DNA of 64,000 nucleotides from Vitrella brassicaformis CCMP3155 (Eukaryota > Protista > Chromerida): positions 1 to 64,000 of the forward strand of contig CDMY01000510.1 in NCBI GenBank assembly GCA_001179505.1, given 5' to 3'. Within the stretch, counting starts at the first letter, position 1. Each line of letters starts with the position of its first letter. A model generated the notes under the pieces. The model was not told the origin of the DNA and made no database searches. It saw nothing but the letters and a program-made list of their open reading frames with translations. A program made the translations under genes and the position numbers. This document shows positions 62,959 to 64,000 of the stretch, piece after piece.

Positions 62959-64000
62959 TCACGCAGTCGTCGCAGCGCCGCCCGTCACGTGCCATATCTC
63001 GATCTCCTTCGCTGTGAATGTGTTGCTCGCTGCCAGCGTGCCGTCGCTGCTGGAGTTGATGGTTCCCAGATATCCTTGCGGCAGGTCGACCTTCTTGACC
63101 CAGTGATGCATGCTGCGCAGATCATCTGCCGGGCCGGGCCTGGCGAAAGCCAACCACAGGTACCCACGGCCCAAATGCAACTGCACACAAGACGGACATG
63201 TGACAACCAGTCAGTTGGTTCAGTGCCATTCATTGCAGTGACAACCGTTGTGTATACCCGCCACCCACCTTGCCACGTGAGTCCACATTGCCGGCCGTGA
63301 TGGATGCGCGCATCCATCCATCACGGCCGGCGACACTGACCCACTGTCTGGCCTCGGGGATGGGCACCTTGGTTGGCCGAGAGTATGCACCGCTGATCGA
63401 AATGAGGCAGAGGGGCAGCTTGTATTCATTGGTCTGTGTGGGGTCGGGCGGCTTGAGTTGGCCCTGGAGGAAGGCGCCGAATCGGTGTGTGTCGTCGTGG
63501 TTGACGAGGAAGAGCAGACCGCTCGCGTCGCCCACCTTGTCCACCATCGTGCCAAAATCGCCACTGTCACGAGTCGAAGTGACAGAGAAGCAGGGAAACA
63601 GAACGACGAGAGATCAGAGTCGTTTCTGCGTACCTGTAAAGGAGCTTGGGTGTGGGATTGGGCACGTCCGTCATGGCCACCACCTCGCGCGTCTCGTCGG
63701 TGTTGAGTATTGGGGAGAGGGGCCGCTGCACGTCCTCCATCTTGAGGCCGAACATCTCAACGTCAACCTGCAACCGCACACACAAAGCACAAGAATACCA
63801 ATGATGAAGCACAAGGCGACGCACATGACCACATGGACCTTGAGCTGGTCCATATCACGGGCTGTGGGGTGCCTGACAACGCTGCCAGGACGGTTCTCAA
63901 ACCGCAGTCTACGGGCAAAATCGACTACCTGAACGGTCACCAAACGACAACAAGCAGGCTCCCTGCCACATGCCCCCTCTCCCCCCTCCGCGTGTGCCCG
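62959..64000 (-). CDS. 3' part of a BTB-like/TLDc gene (family member 4), continuing beyond the window
   Basis: VDFARR..., PKLLY|RSTRDSGDFGTMVDKVGDASGLLFLV...DGTLAASNTFTAKEIEIW. Confidence 0.85.
63290..63331. repeat. Perfect 17-bp inverted repeat inside a TLDc coding exon
   Basis: GCCGGCCGTGATGGATG (63290-63306) pairs with CATCCATCACGGCCGGC (63315-63331). Confidence 0.9.

Overview
This is intron-rich, GC-rich eukaryotic nuclear DNA. Introns are full of (GT)n, (TCTG)n and (GATG)n microsatellites. The mix of alveolate-type genes (ISP-like, DPY19), bipartite plastid-targeting leaders and a retained leucine pathway suggests a chromerid such as Vitrella brassicaformis; this is inference. About 24 intact or nearly intact genes can be reconstructed by splicing by eye, plus 3-4 pseudogenes or fragments. 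Recognisable genes: peptide deformylase, 2-isopropylmalate synthase (leuA), a DPY19 C-mannosyltransferase, a YTH m6A reader, a PPIE-type RRM protein, a uS10m-like protein, a papain-family protease, a ferredoxin-MBL protein, a DUF442 protein, an ACT-C26 amidotransferase, two J-domain paralogs, RING proteins and four members of a TLDc family. The main observations are: (1) a plastid-targeted fusion of a helical-repeat RNA-binding array (FAST/HPR/OPR-like) to an RluA pseudouridine synthase; (2) ten divergent gene pairs whose short intergenic spacers share a TGCGAGCT / YGCGAG motif; (3) a ~190-bp direct repeat with an attached hairpin, lying upstream of two different genes and flanking a two-gene block; (4) signs of TLDc exon shuffling, inverted duplication and decay. 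No rRNA, tRNA, CRISPR array or transposase was seen. Exon boundaries are manual, and family calls come from motif recognition, not database searches.
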